A DNA stretch of 64,000 bases from the human T2T-CHM13v2.0 reference genome, Homo sapiens. Below the pieces are notes generated by a model, which ran no database searches, was not told the origin of the DNA, and worked only from the letters and a program-made list of their open reading frames with translations. Both the position numbers and the translations under genes were made by a program. Positions 38,585-58,415 of this stretch are shown piece by piece; position 1 is the first letter of the stretch, and each line of letters begins with the position of its first letter. Location of the stretch: NCBI RefSeq assembly GCF_009914755.1, contig NC_060929.1; one strand, given 5' to 3'.

Positions 38585-40657
38585 TTTTAGATCTATCCTG
38601 CTTTCTCTTGCGGGCATTTAGTGCTATAAATTTCTCTCTACACACTGCTTTAAATGTGTCCCAGAGATTCTGGTATGTTGTGTCTTTGTTCTTGTTGGTT
38701 TCAAAGAACATCTTTATTTCTGCCTTCATTTAGTTATGTACCCAGTAGTCATTCAGGAGCAGGTTGTTCAGTTTCCATGTAGTTGAGCAGTTTTGAGTGA
38801 GTTTCTTAATCCTGAGTTCTAGTTTGATTGCACTGTGGTCTGAGAGACAGTTTGTTATAATTTGTGTTCTTTTACATTTGCTGAGGAGTGCTTTACTTCC
38901 AACTATGTGGTCAATTTTGGAATAAGTGCGATGTGGTGCTGAGAAGAATGTATATTCTGTTGATTTGGGGTGGAGAGTTCTGTAGATGTCTATTAGGTCC
39001 ACTTGGTGCAGAGCTGAGTTCAATTCCTGGGTATCCTTGTTAACTTTCTGTCTCGTTGATCTGTCTAATGTTGACAGTGGAGTGTTAAAGTCTCCCATTA
39101 TTATTGTGTGGGAGTCTAAGTCTCTTTGTAGGTCTCTAAGGACTTGCTTTATGAATCTGGGTGCTCCTGTATTGGGTGCCTATATATTTAGGATAGATAG
39201 CTCTTCTTGTTGAATTGATCCCTTTACCATTATGTAATGTCCTTCTTTGTCTCTTTTGATCTTTGTTGGTTTAAAGTCTGTTTTATCCGAGACTAGGATT
39301 GCAATCCCTGCCTGTTTTTGTTTTCCATTTTCTTGGTAGATCTTCCTCCATCCCTTTATTTTGAGCCTATGTGTGTCTCTGCACGTGAGATGGGTCTCCT
39401 GAATACAGCACACTGATGGGCCTTGACTCTATCCAATTTGCCAGTCTGTGTCTTTTAATTGGAGCATTTAGCCCATTTACATTTAAGGTTAATACTGTTA
39501 TGTGTGAATTTGATCCTGTCATTATGATGTTAGCTGGTGATTTTGCTCGTTAGTTGATGCAGTTTCTTCCTAGCCTTGACGGTCTTTACAATTTGGCAAG
39601 TTTTTGCAGCAGCTGGTACCGGTTGTTCCTTTCCATGTTTAGTGCTTCCTTCAGGAGCTCTTTTAGGGCAGGCCTGGTGGTGACAAAATCTCTCAGCATT
39701 TGCTTGTCTGTAAAGTATTTATTTCTCCTTCACTTATGAAGCTTAGTTTGGCTGGATATGTGATTCTGGGTTGGAAATTCTCTTCTTTAAGAATGTTGAA
39801 TATTGGCCTCCACTCTCTCCTGGCTTGTAGAGTTTCTGCTGAGAGATCCACTGTTAGTCTGATGGGCTTCCCTTTGTGGGTAACCCGACCTTTCTGTCTG
39901 GCTGCCCTTAATATTTTTTCCTTCATTTCAACTTTGGTGAATCTGACAATGATGTGTTGTGGAGTTGCTCTTCTCGAGGAGTATCTTTGTGGCATTCTCT
40001 GTATTTCCTGAATTTGAATATTGGCCTGCCTTGCTAGGTTGGGGAAGTTCTCCTGGATAATATCCTGAAGAGTGTTTTCCAGCTTGGTTCCATTCTCCCC
40101 GTCACTTTCAGGTACACCTATCAGACGTAGATTTGGTCTTTTCACATAGTCCCATATTTCTTGGAGGCTTTGTTCGTGTCTTTTTATTCTTTTTTCTCTA
40201 AACTTCTCTTCTCGCTTCAATTCATTCATTTGATCTTCCATCACTGATACCCTTTCTTCCAGTTGATCGAATCAGCTACTGAAGCTTGTGCATTCATCAT
40301 ATAGTTCTCATGCCATGGTTTTCAGCTCCATTAGGCCATTTAAGTACTTCTCTACATTGGTTATTCCAGTTAGCCATTCATCTAATCTGTTTTCAAGGTT
40401 TTTAGCTTCTTTGTGATGGGTTCGAACTTCCTCCTTTAGCTCAGAGAAGTTTGATCATCTGAAGACTTCTTCTCTCAACTTGTCAAAGTCATTCTCCGTC
40501 TAGCTTTGTTCCATTGCTGGTGAGGAGCTGCGTTCCTTTGGAGGAGAGGCACTCTGATTTTCAGAATTTTCAGTTTTTCTGTGCTGTTTTTTCCCCATCT
40601 TCATGGTTTTATCTACCTTTGGTCTTTGATGATGGTGACGTACAGATGGGGTTTTGG
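38585..40657 (-). mobile_element. Internal fragment of a younger L1PA: end of 5' UTR, ORF1 (~40598-39586), ORF2 endonuclease domain (from ~39522)
   Basis: ORF1 peptide QSLQEIWDYVKRPNLRLIGVPESDGENGTKLENTLQDIIQENFPNLARQ. Endonuclease peptides [22 protein letters not shown] and CLSDHSAIK. No RT, 3' UTR or poly(A). Flanked by AGATTGTGAA at 38575-38584 and 40660-40669. Confidence 0.92.
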
Positions 40658-41304
40658 ATAGATTGTGAAGATTTTCTCCCAGTCTGTGGGTTGTCTGTTT
40701 ACTCTGCTGATTATTTCTTTTGCTGTGCATAAGCTTTTTAAATTGTCTCGTCTATTTATCTTTGTTTTTGATGCATTTTCTTTTGGGTTCTTGGTCATTA
40801 AATCTTTGTCTAAGGCATTGTCTAGAAGGGTTTTTCCAATGTTCTGGAATTTTTTATGGTTTCAGGTCTTGAATTTAAGTCTTTGATCCATCTTTAGTTG
40901 ATTTTTGTATAAGGTGAGAGAGAGGCGAGGATCCACTTTGATTCTTTTACATGTGGCTTGCCGATTATCCCAGCACCATTTGTTGAATAGGGTGTCCTTT
41001 CCCCACTTTATTTTGTTTGCTTTGTTGGAGATCAGTTGACTCTAAGTATTTGGCTTTATTTCTGGGTTCTCTGTGCTGTTCTGTTGGTCTATAGGCTTAT
41101 TTTTTACGAGTTCCATGCTGTTTTGGTGACTATGGCTTTATAGTATAGTTTGAAGTCAAGAAATGTAATGCCTCCAGATTTGTTCTTTCTGTTTAGTCTT
41201 GCTTTAGCTATGTAGGCTCTTTTTTGGTTCCATGTGAATTTTAGGATTGTTATTTTCCAGTTCTGTAAAGAATGATGGTGGTATTTTGATGGGAATTGCA
41301 CTGA

Positions 41305-41643
<339 letters not shown>

Positions 41644-42369
41644 CCAGCAGTTTGGTCATTTTTATAATATCAATTCAACCCCTCCAAGAGCGTGGGATGT
41701 GTTTCTACTTGTTTGTGTTGTCTATGATTTATCTCAGCAGTGTTTTATAGTTTTCCTTGTAGAGATCTTTCACCTCCTTGGTTAAGCATATTCCTAAGTA
41801 TTTTATCTCTTTTTTTTTTTTTGCGGCTATTGTAAAAGGGGTTGAGTTCTTGATTTGATTCTCAGCTTGGCTGCTGTTGGTGTATAGCAGGGCTGTTGAT
41901 TTGCGTATGTTGATTTTGTATCCTGAAACTTTGCTGAATTCATTTACCAGTTCTAGGAGCTTTTTGGATGAGTCTTTAGGGTATACGATAATGTCCTTAG
42001 CAAACAGTGACAGTTTGATGTCCTCTTTACTGATTTGGATGCCCTTTATTTCTTTCTCTTGTCTGATTGCTCTGACTAGGACTTTCAGTACTATGTTAAA
42101 TAGAAGTGATGAAAGTGGGCATCCTTGTCTTGTTCCAATTCTCAGGGGGAATGCTTTCAACTTTTCCTTATTCAGTATAATGTTGGCTGTGGGTTTGTCA
42201 TAGATGGCTTTTTTACCTTAAGATATGTCCCTTCTATGCTGGTTTTGCTGAGGGTTTTAATCATAAAGGGATGCTGGATTCTGTCAAATGCTTAACAAAA
42301 ACTATTTGTTTTAGAAGAATTTAAGTAGTAAAATTTCTTTTCTTATGGAATGATCCATTGGGTCCAATA

Positions 42370-43725
42370 TTATTATTAATGTTACCAGTGATATCTAGGC
42401 TGCTAAACTCACAGGTAAATTATTTGATCTTCTAGCATCACTTGACAGGATTGATCATTCTTTCCTCCTTGATATACTTTCTTCAATTGGTGTCCTTACT
42501 CTCTTAGTTCACCTTCTATATTACTCTTTATTCCTTTTCAGTCTCCTTTGCTGTTTCTTTATTTTTTCCCCACAGTCTCATAATATTAGTGCCCATGAGC
42601 AGTCCTATGTCTTATTCTCATCTCTAGCTAGTCTCATGACCATGGAGGTCTCATCATTTAAATTCCATCCAAATGCTAATTACTCCTAAATGTATATCCT
42701 CTGCCCAGATGTCTCTCCCTTAAGGCCAACTTCTTGACACTTCTACTTTGATGGATTCACTTAGATCCCGAAGCTAACATGTCCAGAATTAAACTCCTAG
42801 TCTCCCCGCTCCCAAACTTGTTCACCTACTACCACCCAAACCAGCCCTCTTTGAATTGATGACAACTCCATCCTTCCAGTTGCTCAAGCTACTGGAACTA
42901 TCTTTAACTCCTTTATTTTTTTTACACCCCACATCTAATCCATTAGGAAATCCTGCTTGTTCCCTTTTCATAATATCCAGAATCATACCATCTGTCATCA
43001 TCTTCCCTGCTACCACCCTGGTATAAACTATCGTCAACTCTTACTAGGATTACCTTCCTAATGATCTGACTGTTTTCACTCTTGCCTTCCTATGACATAA
43101 CTCTTAAAATACAAGTCAGATTGTGTCACTTCTCAACTCAGATTAAAAGCCAAAATATTTACAATACACCATAAACTGTGCAGTTTGCTTCCTTCTCCAC
43201 TTTCTTACTCCCCTGATTTCACCTCCTATTTTTCTTTCTTTCATCACAACTGTCCAGGCACGCTGACCTTGCTGTTCTTTAAACACTCCAGACAAACACT
43301 GCCACCCTGGGGCCTCTGAACTGACTGGCCCCTCTGTCTAGAACACTCTTCTTCCAGATATAGCTAAGTCATCCAGGTCCTTTGTGTGGTTGCTCACATG
43401 CCACCTCCTTAATGAGGCCTCCCTGCCTGCCCTGTGCAACATTTCAAACCATCTGCTAGCCACTGGCTTGCCTATCTGACAGCCTCACTCTGGCACTCCT
43501 GCTTCCCTTTTCCTACTCTGCTTTTTTTCATACTGCTATTTTCGTCTTCTTACAAACTATTTAATGTACTTATTTATTATGTTTATTGTTTAATATCTCT
43601 CTTTCTTTGCCCAGTCTGTGAAGGTAGGAATCTTTGTTTAATTTGTTGATATGCCCAAAGCAACTAGAATATCTCTGAGTATATAGTAAGCACAAAAACA
43701 AAGTTTTGTTAAATGAGTGAGTGAG
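42370..43725 (+). mobile_element. L2 LINE (3' portion)
   Basis: L2 text including CTTCCAGTTGCTCAAG, CACATCTAATCCATTAGGAAATCCTG and the terminal TTGTTAAATGAGTGAGTGA. Confidence 0.75.
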
Positions 43726-45104
43726 TATCTGATTTTCCAGAAAAAAATAAAATTCACAATTTGTCTGAAGAATTTTATTAGACAAAAGTTTTATTTGAAA
43801 AATTTTGAGAAATTAAAAAACAAGTCAGTATTCCTTTTTTATCCCTTAATTGATGAATTAGGATCCATGAAAACACCATAACATTTACATAAAAAGTTAA
43901 TAAATATAATTCAAATAACCTCTTCAGGGCAGTCTTTTTAATAAAACCAGCATTTCAGTAAAAATGGATTTTTTTCTATAATGATATGCAGCATAGTAGA
44001 ATTTAATGCATATTTTAGATTTAAAAATAACCATGTAACAGTGTGTTGAGTGGGACCTTTTTATCTTGTTCCAGAATTGCAGCTAAAGCCTCAAGCTGAA
44101 GACAAAAGACTCTAAGTAACTAATTTTCTATATTTGGATTGCTATGAATAATCTACTAGCCACTGGGGCCAGAAATCTGCCTACAGAGACTGCCCTGGGG
44201 AACCATTCCTGAAGAACTGAGAACCTCCACCCCGATATGAGAATGAGTTTCGGCAAAGGGGGAGTGCAGTGTTCTTAATGAAAAACCACTCTCTCCTCTC
44301 CCAGTGCCTCTCTTCCCTCTTCAAATAACCACTTGTAATGAGTTTGGGGTACCTACAGATGGGGAGGGAGGGAGGAGTGGTCATTTCATTGCTTAGTTGG
44401 GTGTTTGCTTAGCTGCTGATTTGCTCATCTGCTCTTTTCTGCCTGAGCAGAGGTACAGGGAGTTGAGAACAATAGTGGGGCTATGGAGGGGTTAGTGTTC
44501 AACCTGTTTAATATGATCACTTCAAAGAGTAGCCAGGCTTGACCTATTTTATCTCTTGTCCTGTTCTAGAAGGCTGATAGTCAGGTAAAGGGACCTCAGC
44601 AGTTGTAGAAGGGGGATGGTGACTGCCTGGATTAGGGAAGTGTGCCAGGGGTTGGTCTCCCTGCAGGCGCCTCTGAAGCGCCCATGCAGTCACCCCATGG
44701 GGGAGTTAGCAGCTGTGTGTCTGCCACGTGGAGAGATATTGACAACCAGGGAGTGTCACAGAAGCAACAGCAAACAAGAAGAGGACTGTGACTGCATCCA
44801 GTTAAACCAGTCGATGTCCCTCCTTCCAGTTTTTAAGCCATGGGCTCCTAGAAGTAGTGAGGGGCAGGAGGCTTTTCTGAGTAAGAGCATGCTTCATTTT
44901 GAGAAGCTTATTCAAGCTGCTGAGGTTATGGGTTGAACTACAGGGAGAAAAGGGCTTCAAATTGATTTTGAGACAAGTCTTCAGAGTAACAAAACTAATA
45001 GTAGGATTGAGTCTTAATTATCTGGAGAAGGATAGAGTTCTAATAATTGGAAGCATCTAAAAAGTTACGGACTGGGACCAAGTTGTTTTTAAGCATCCCT
45101 AATA

Positions 45105-45531
45105 TATCGGTGAGATATTGCTACATAATAAACCATTCCAAACGTAGTGACTTAAAACAACCATTTATTATTTCTCGGAAGTCTGCAAATTGACTGGACA
45201 GTTTTGCTGATCTGTGACAAGTTCAGCTGATGTGCACAGGGCTTGCTTATGCATGTGCTGTCAACTGAGGGTTGGCTGGGGGCTGGCCTAGGATGGCCTC
45301 AGTTGGGATGATTCTGCTTGGTTCCATGTTCTGGCAGGCCAGCCTGAGCTTGTTCTCATGGTGGTGGTAAGGGTCTGAAGAGAGAAAGTAGAAATACTCA
45401 AGTACTTTTTTAGACCTCTACTTGAGCTTTTCAAAGAGGCCACATTCAGAGTTATTGCGAGAAGGCAATACCAAAGGACATGGATATAGGGAGAGAAAAA
45501 TTGAGGTCATTAATGAAATCAGTCTGCCACA
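45105..45531 (-). mobile_element. MaLR solo LTR (MLT1-type)
   Basis: TATTGCTACATAATAAACCATTCCAAACGTAGTGACTTAAAACAACCATTTATTATTTCTC...CAGTCTGCCACA. Confidence 0.75.
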
Positions 45532-45976
45532 ATTACCAGGTACAAAAGGGGATTCCACATAGGAATGTTAAGGGCAATTACTGGAAAAAATAAAACCATT
45601 TCATGTTTGTACTCTGAGGAGTAGAGGTCCCTTATAAACACCTTACAATTGATTTGTATCACTTAGGTTCCTAAAACAGAGATTACTTCTTTTATAGATG
45701 TATTCTTTCCAATGTATGAGTTTAACAGAAGTCATTTTTTTTAATAACCCTGGTTTTAAAATTCAGGGGTCATGCTGAATTCAAATATATATAATCTCCA
45801 CAATAACTCAGTAGGTAATGTGTAAATTTGTTGTATCAGAAAAAAGATATAGATAAAATGTATGGAATTTGGTATTGAATAGTAGAAGAAACAAGGAAGG
45901 TTGCAAGTGGTTGCATCTGGATAGGCTGACCAGGGTATGTGGAGGGGTGAAAGAGGGGCTGCTGACTTTTATTATA

Positions 45977-47276
<1,300 letters not shown>

Positions 47277-47334
47277 AGTACTCTTTTTTTTTTTTTTTTT
47301 TTAAAGAGGAAAGTCCATTTTCAAAGCACCATTA

Positions 47335-47545
47335 ACTGTGCTGTTATTTACATATATCTCATTTAATTTAACCCCACAATATCTCTGTGAGTTAGCCATT
47401 ATTATTTCTACTTTAGACAGGCATATAGGCTTAGAGAAAGTAAATGATTTGTCCAGGTTACATAGTATTTATGTTCGAGGCAGGGTCAAGACTGGAACCA
47501 AGGTGTGTCTGCCTCCAAAGATTATTGTCTTAACTCCTAACCTAT
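47335..47545 (-). mobile_element. MIR
   Basis: ATCTCATTTAAT...GGCTTAGAGAAAGTAAATGATTTGTCCAGGTTACATAG. Confidence 0.7.
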
Positions 47546-48989
47546 AGTTTAATATTTGAATATTCATTAACTAAGTTAGAAGCTGAAGTTTTATCTATTC
47601 CATACCACCATTATGTAGCCAACACAATGGATCTGGAATATGTATATATACACACACATAAAATATATATATATATATGTATGTATATATATTTATTTTT
47701 CTTCTCAATGCTCCCCCCCTGCCCCAGCAAACTTTAGTTGCCTCTTATCAATGTGTAGAATTGAAACAAGAAAGTAGCAATTGGGCAGATTCTTCCAGTG
47801 GGAATATGATGACTATCCAGCATGACTAAATTTGTTCTAAGGAAAAAAGAATACTTTTATTTAATACTTTGTGTATTATATTAGGCGCTTAGATTTGAGA
47901 TACTAGATTATAGTAGCACATATATTTAGATTTTTTTAAGTTTGCTTGTATTTTTTAAAAACACATGTAATCATGAGTGTTTCAAGTTATCAATATCCAG
48001 CTGCATTATCCTACTTTAGGTGTTAAATTTGATACAGATTTATATAGTAATTGTCTTTAACAGATGCTGTAGATATTTATTGCAAAATGTCATTGAAAAG
48101 ACAGATTTAATATATTAGTTTAGTACACATGGTGATTTAAAGTTTAGAATACATTAAATAAACTGTGTCAGAAATTATAAATAAACTAAAATGAGTAAAA
48201 TTATTCTTAAATTGCTAGACAAGTCTTCACATTTAATGTTACATTAATGAGTTTTGTACAGAGACTGTTTGGAATAAAATCCTTTTTCATCAGATGTTGC
48301 ACATATGCTTTCACTGTTTGTTTTTCTTCAAAGTAAAACTTAATGAAACAGCTAATAAAACCCAGTTTTGCTCCTGATTCTTGAAAGAAACAAGCCCTTG
48401 AAGTGCACCCGCTGTTTATTCTTTTGCACTGGTTTTTGCTACTTTTCAGCATGTAAATTTTCCAGTAATGGAAAACAGTCAAAGCCGTAAACCTTTTCTT
48501 CCAAGTCTTATAAACCCAGTGTTTATTTCTTATTTGTAGAGCGATTGCACAATGGAGACATGCTTTGCACACATACAGAGAAGTTTGGTCTCAGATCTTC
48601 ATGTGCACCTCCTGCTGACTTCACCAGGGTGTAGTGCATGTGCATTTAAATGGCTGTTTATTATGTAAATGACCAAGAACCAGAATAGGGGTTTTAACTA
48701 ACCTAAAAAACTGAGAGGTTTCAAAGTAAAAGACATATATGAGACTGCAGCCCTATTACTCTCATAAACCTCAAAGTGTGTTAGACTGGTGAGTAGTTTA
48801 TGAAAAAGGATCAGCTTCTATGCATTAGAAGTGTATAGATGGCAGATGTGTATGTATCCCAAGTGGCTCTTTCACTAACCATAGAGTATACTATTCTGTC
48901 TTCCAGCTTCTTTCCGAGATGGATTGTTCGACTCTCTTGACAGGGTAGAGGTAGATATTTGGGTTGGGATGAGAGACTGTATTCTAAGG

Positions 48990-49262
48990 CAGCATTACTC
49001 AAAGCGTGGCCTACACTGGTAACAGTGCAAGGACATCAGTACAGAAATGGAAAATTAGTGACTAAAAACTTTTAAGCAGTTTGACAGAGTAATTTCTATG
49101 TCTGTTTAATAAAAGAATTGAGGCTTGTAATTTGTATGTTTTGGATTTTTTAATTTCATTTTTTTCTAGTAATTCAGTTTTAGTGTTTTTCACAAAAATA
49201 TGTCTATGACAGATTGGAAATAAAATCCTGATCTTTCACCACAGATGGTTTGAAAAGCATTT
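48990..49262. mobile_element. hAT-Charlie MITE
   Basis: CAGCATTACTCAAAGCGTGG...TTTGAAAAGCATTTG termini with CTAG-like target flanks. Confidence 0.5.
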
Positions 49263-50221
49263 GGTCTAGGATAAGATTTTCAAATGTTGATTTTTGTCCC
49301 TTTGCCCTATAACATAACATTATGTATTGAAGTTTGACTAAAGAAAAAAGGCCATGATTTATAATTCCAGTACCCTGAGAAAACAGCCTGATGACCCTGA
49401 ATGGTTAATAAGCTAAGGGCTGGGTGGCAGAACCTCAAGTAGAGATATTCTGTGTTTTCTGTTAAGGGCAGGTCCATATGCTGTAGTGACCACTGAGTGG
49501 AGTTGGTGTTGACATTCTCGTATGAAAATTAGCAAGTCTAAGCAGGATTTATGTCTGAAGGAGGTGAGCTGTTGCCAAATTGAGATTTTAAAAACTGGGA
49601 CAGGTTTTTAGGTGGAGGAAAGGAAAGAACAGAGAAAATTGAGTTGTGTACTTTTTGAAAGGTAATGTAAGATAGTCAGGAACTTTGGACTGCCATGGGG
49701 CATTATGTGGGTCTTGACAAAAAGTGAAGATAGGAATGGGAAAGCATGAATGACAAGTTTCATTTACTTCTCAGTTTTACCTCGGATAGCTTAGTGCTAC
49801 TAAAAATCATGAGGCATGCCTTTTTGCTATGTATTTTATTCATTGCTGATACCCGGACAAGCAATCATAATATAAAGCTGAGATTAATGTGTTATATAAC
49901 ATAGGGTCATAAAAATGTACATAAGTCATAGAAATAGAGGTTTAGAGTTAGAAGGTCATATAATTCACCTTGTTCCAGATATTGCTTCTGTTAAGGCTGC
50001 TTATGATGCATTAGCTTTTTTGTAGCTACTCTATGGGTTCTGCTTATGAGGGTGGGGTGTGCTAGAAGGGAAATGTCCTTCAGTATAGCATTCAAGAAAC
50101 AGAGGTCCCAATCCATGGTTGAACTAGGATGAGATTTACCCAGATGATTGTCTAAGAATGTGCTGAGCCTGGGGGAGATAGGAGGCTGATAAGGGAGAAA
50201 GCTGAAAGTTGGGGATGAGAT

Positions 50222-54100
<3,879 letters not shown>

Positions 54101-54525
54101 GACTGAATCATATGACAACCAGAAGGCTGAGTCAAGAATGTCAATTATGACAGGTCCCAAATTCAGCAGCTTAAGAAAATTCAGAGAATGGAATAAAAAA
54201 CAAGGACTGGGAGAGTATAACTTGTCTGTGTCTTATGACTTACTGATGTGGGGGATAAGGGTCAGCAGTAGTGGCATGATGGGTAGATGTTGCAGCATGA
54301 CGAACCAGACTAAGCTGGACTAAGCCAATAGCTGTTCAGATGGCTTCTGAATTATGTGGAAGAATAAAGGCCTGGAAGGAGAAATAAATTATACTAACAT
54401 TTTATATCTCACTCATGGGTATAGATCAAAGTAAGTTAACTCTTGGAACCTATTTTTTGTGAAAAAATACTCACTAGCAATTACTTTGTACTAGGATCTA
54501 TTTGCCTATATTCTCTGAGCTTATC

Positions 54526-54585
54526 TTCACCTTGGTTAGTAATAGTACCAATTATAATTCACATTGGTTAGTAATAGTACCAATT
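54526..54585. repeat. Short direct repeat, 32-bp period
   Basis: TTCAC[C/A]TTGGTTAGTAATAGTACCAATT at 54526-54553 and 54558-54585. Confidence 0.9.
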
Positions 54586-54926
54586 TATAGATGAGGAAAC
54601 TAAGGTCACATGTATTGGTGGCAGAGTTGGATATCAACTCAGGCAGTTTGTCCTTAGAGTCTGTGAAGTCTGTAGTGACACTAACCACCAGTCTCCTTCT
54701 AAATTCCCACCACTGGTCTCAAGGCAGGCTGTTCTTATGGCCTGAGGCTTCTTCTGTGTAGGATGTGGCCTACAATGGATGCTACATACAGTAGGGCCTC
54801 CTCACGGACTGTGACTTGGGTGTTTCTGGGCTTCATCGCAGTTGTTTGTGGGAAAGCTGAAGAATATGGTCTGATCTTAAAATGTTCTGGGAGAATATTT
54901 AGTCTGCAGCAGCCCATCATCTATGT

Positions 54927-55118
54927 AGCTGTGCTTAAGAATATGGTAGCCACTAGCCACATGTGGTTATTCAAACTGAAATTTAAATTAAGTAAAATAA
55001 AATAAAATAAAAAATTTTGCTCCCTAGTTGGATTAGCCACATTTCAAGTGGCTACTACCTACATTTTGGACAGCACAAAGAACAGTTCTATCATTGCAAA
55101 TGATTTTATTGAACAATA
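54927..55118. mobile_element. MER3-like hAT MITE
   Basis: AATATGGTAGCCACTAGCCACATGTGGTTATT...TAGCCACATTTCAAGTG...TTGGACAGCACA. Confidence 0.75.
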
Positions 55119-57979
55119 ACATTCTTACTTGTCCGCTTCTCCATGTCTGCCACATCAAAAGTGGGAACTCATTTCCTAGTAACTTCTTACTCCTCAGTTT
55201 TGCTAACTTCTCATTGGCCCCACTGATTCTGTCTTTCCTCATATGGCAAAAGATAGTGATACCAGAAAATAATATATTATTTTGGTGATCATTAGTTGCT
55301 GGTTCATACAAGATTTCCTTTCTTAAAACAGTTCTGCAGTACTATTGACCTTGCTCTCCTTACCTTTTCCTGCAAGTATAACAATTACCAACTAAATTCT
55401 ATATAATCCCTACGTGACAGCCTGTCACATTTGGGCTCTTCTTGAACTTGATAACATCTGTAGCTCTTGTGTCTTAAAATTGTGTGTTACTGTTAAGCAA
55501 GAGCTCCTGTTTTTGTGTAGTTGGATATTTTTTAGCCTACATTTAGGTTTTTATTTTTATTCATGATAGGTATCATCTCATTTTTGCTTGTGACTTTTTA
55601 AAAAATTAAATCTTAAATTGTTTACCTCACAAATCATTATTATTATTATTATCATCATCGTTTTATACCCAGCTTTGATAAACAACATTCCTTTGTAGGT
55701 TGGTCAAAACTAACTTCTTATTTTATTTTTATTTTTTGAGAGAATTACCAGATGGGCAGCATGCTATAGAAGTGGTGAGTTTGATCTCAACCAAATCATT
55801 TAGAATGCTTTCAGAGGTGGGCAGTCATGTGAGTAAGGACTCCAGAAATCATATCAAATTTGAAGAACCTGACAGTATTGAATGTGGAGAAAAATAGACT
55901 ATTTTAGATATTCGAAGGACTGTGTTGAATGAGCAGTGTTGATCAGAAGGAAAATTTATTATATTGGGAGCAAATTTATCAAGGTTAATTATAAAAAAAA
56001 ATGTGTTGCTAGTGTATCCAGAGCAACACACATAGGTTATCAAGACCTTGGAGCAACACCAGATAAGAAGGGTAACTGTAGGATGTTTCCATTCTTGGGG
56101 CCACAGAGGTGAAGTGAGCCAAAAAAACACAGTGGGAATTAAACAAAGTAGGGTTAAGTTTTCATTAAAGGCTGTGCCTGCATTCACCACTCCTGGTTGC
56201 CCTGGCAACGGGGCTCCCTTGCATGCTAATGACATTATAATGTGAAAAAACACATGCAAATGCAGTAAATAGTAATTAGAGTCAGAGGCATACATGGAGT
56301 AGTGAGCTCCACCTTGGGAAGGTCTGCGAAGAGCTGGTGATGGATTTGTACTGAAGACAAAGAAAGAGGTGGTAAAAGAAGGGCTTTGAGTTACACATAA
56401 AAGGGTTAAGTTGAGTCTGCATAAAGCACACTCTTGCATTTGTGTCCTGCTGATGATACCTGTTGTTTCTCCAGCAGAATGTAGTCAGTCAGAAGTCATG
56501 CTACTTGTACCTCCAAATTGTGCTAACTATTCTACCTGTTGGCAACACTGTATGGAAAGAATCTGAGCTGTATTTTGGCTTAGATTTGGAGCAACTATAG
56601 CAGCCTGCTGCTTGGAATGCTCTCTTTGCCTACGCTGGCAGGGCTGGGCCTGCCCAGACAAGGTAGTGGGACCAGAGTATGTAGCCAAAAGTCTGTCTTG
56701 GTGAAGAAAGAGAAGACTTAATTCTATGTTGCTTCAGATGAGACAAGTAGGACCAATGAGAGACTCTGGTTAGTATAAGGTGTAACTGACAAATATATGC
56801 TGTTTGCCCCTGGAAACGTGTAAGGAGATGATGGTTGACTGCCTGTCTCAGGTGTGATAGATATGGTTTTTGATTTGCCTGAATGGTTAGACTCAGAGTT
56901 TATATATCTGTGCTCAGTTTCATTCTTCCCTTTCTTTCATTTTATTCAGGCTCTTTTCTGTCTTTTCTATTTTTATTGTTATATATCTGTGTGTTTTTCT
57001 TGAAATTGCTAGAAAATGTTATATTGCCTGCTTCACAATATTCCAATTCTTTGATTGATCTTTTTGGTGTCAGTTGAACTATAGGTCATTGACTAAAAAT
57101 TGCCATGAATAGCCATTCAAATCCATAAACTTTTACTGTTCTTTTTCCTCTCTCAATTAAAAAAAGGTTAAAAATTTCATAAGGAAAGCACATATGCTTT
57201 TACAAAAATTTGCATTCATATATTATTAAAAATTCAAGCAATATAGAAATATATATGATAAACTGTTTAAGTATCTTTCTGTCACCTTTCACCCTGTCTG
57301 CTAACTCCCAATCTCAAACTCCTCCTCAGAGATTACCAGTGTTAACAGTTTGGGATTTGACTTCAAAACTTCTTCCTATGCCTTTATATATATTGTTATT
57401 ATATATTATAATATATACTATTAAGACATTATTAATGGCTAATACTTATTTAGTGATTGCTATGTGCCAGACATTGTTCACACCTTTTTAATATATTAAT
57501 TCATCTAATCCCTTTGAGGGATTTTGAGAAAGGAAGGCCAAGAGGAGTTTAGAAACTTGTCCAAAGTGGCACGCGAAATTTATATGCCAGGAAATCTGTT
57601 TGGGATGGAGCTCATGCATTTTCTAACCATACTATCCTGCCTGCTTTAGTGGTAACATATACATATAGAATGATCATTCTTCAAGTAGCCTTTTTTCATT
57701 TAATATTTAAGAAGTCATTCTATATCAGCAACTTTCTTCTACCAGCTTTTTAAAATTGTTGTATTTTATTCTCTTGTTCAGATGCACCATAATATAAACA
57801 TTCCCTTATTGATGGGCATTTAATTTGCTATTACAAAAGATAATTTAATAAATATCAATGCAATACAATTTTTATATGTACATATATATTTCTAGGGGAG
57901 TAGACGGTTCAAAATAGAATTGCTGAATGATAGTTTACATTTTGATAGATAATGCAAAATTGGCACAATTATTGCTCCT

Positions 57980-58155
<176 letters not shown>

Positions 58156-58159
58156 TATT

Positions 58160-58378
58160 GCTCCCTTCTTGAAGCACCCTTCGCTTGGCATCTGGGATGC
58201 TGCCCTCTTGGTTTTCCGCCTGCCCCAGTGACTGTCCCTTTTTGGCTTCCTCTGCTGGTTCTCTTCATCTTCCAACAACTAGACATTGGAGTGCATCACT
58301 GCTCAATTTTTGAACTTCTCTTCTCCAATTAGACTCACCTTGTAGATCTTATTCAGTTACTTGGCTGTAAATACTATA

Positions 58379-58415
<37 letters not shown>

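Noticed and set aside
55849-56439. Longest unexplained ORF (196 aa, minus strand)
   Set aside because: No recognisable motif, no convincing splice or promoter context, and the composition is unremarkable. One ORF of this length can occur by chance in 64 kb. PhyloCSF or Ribo-seq support would be needed.
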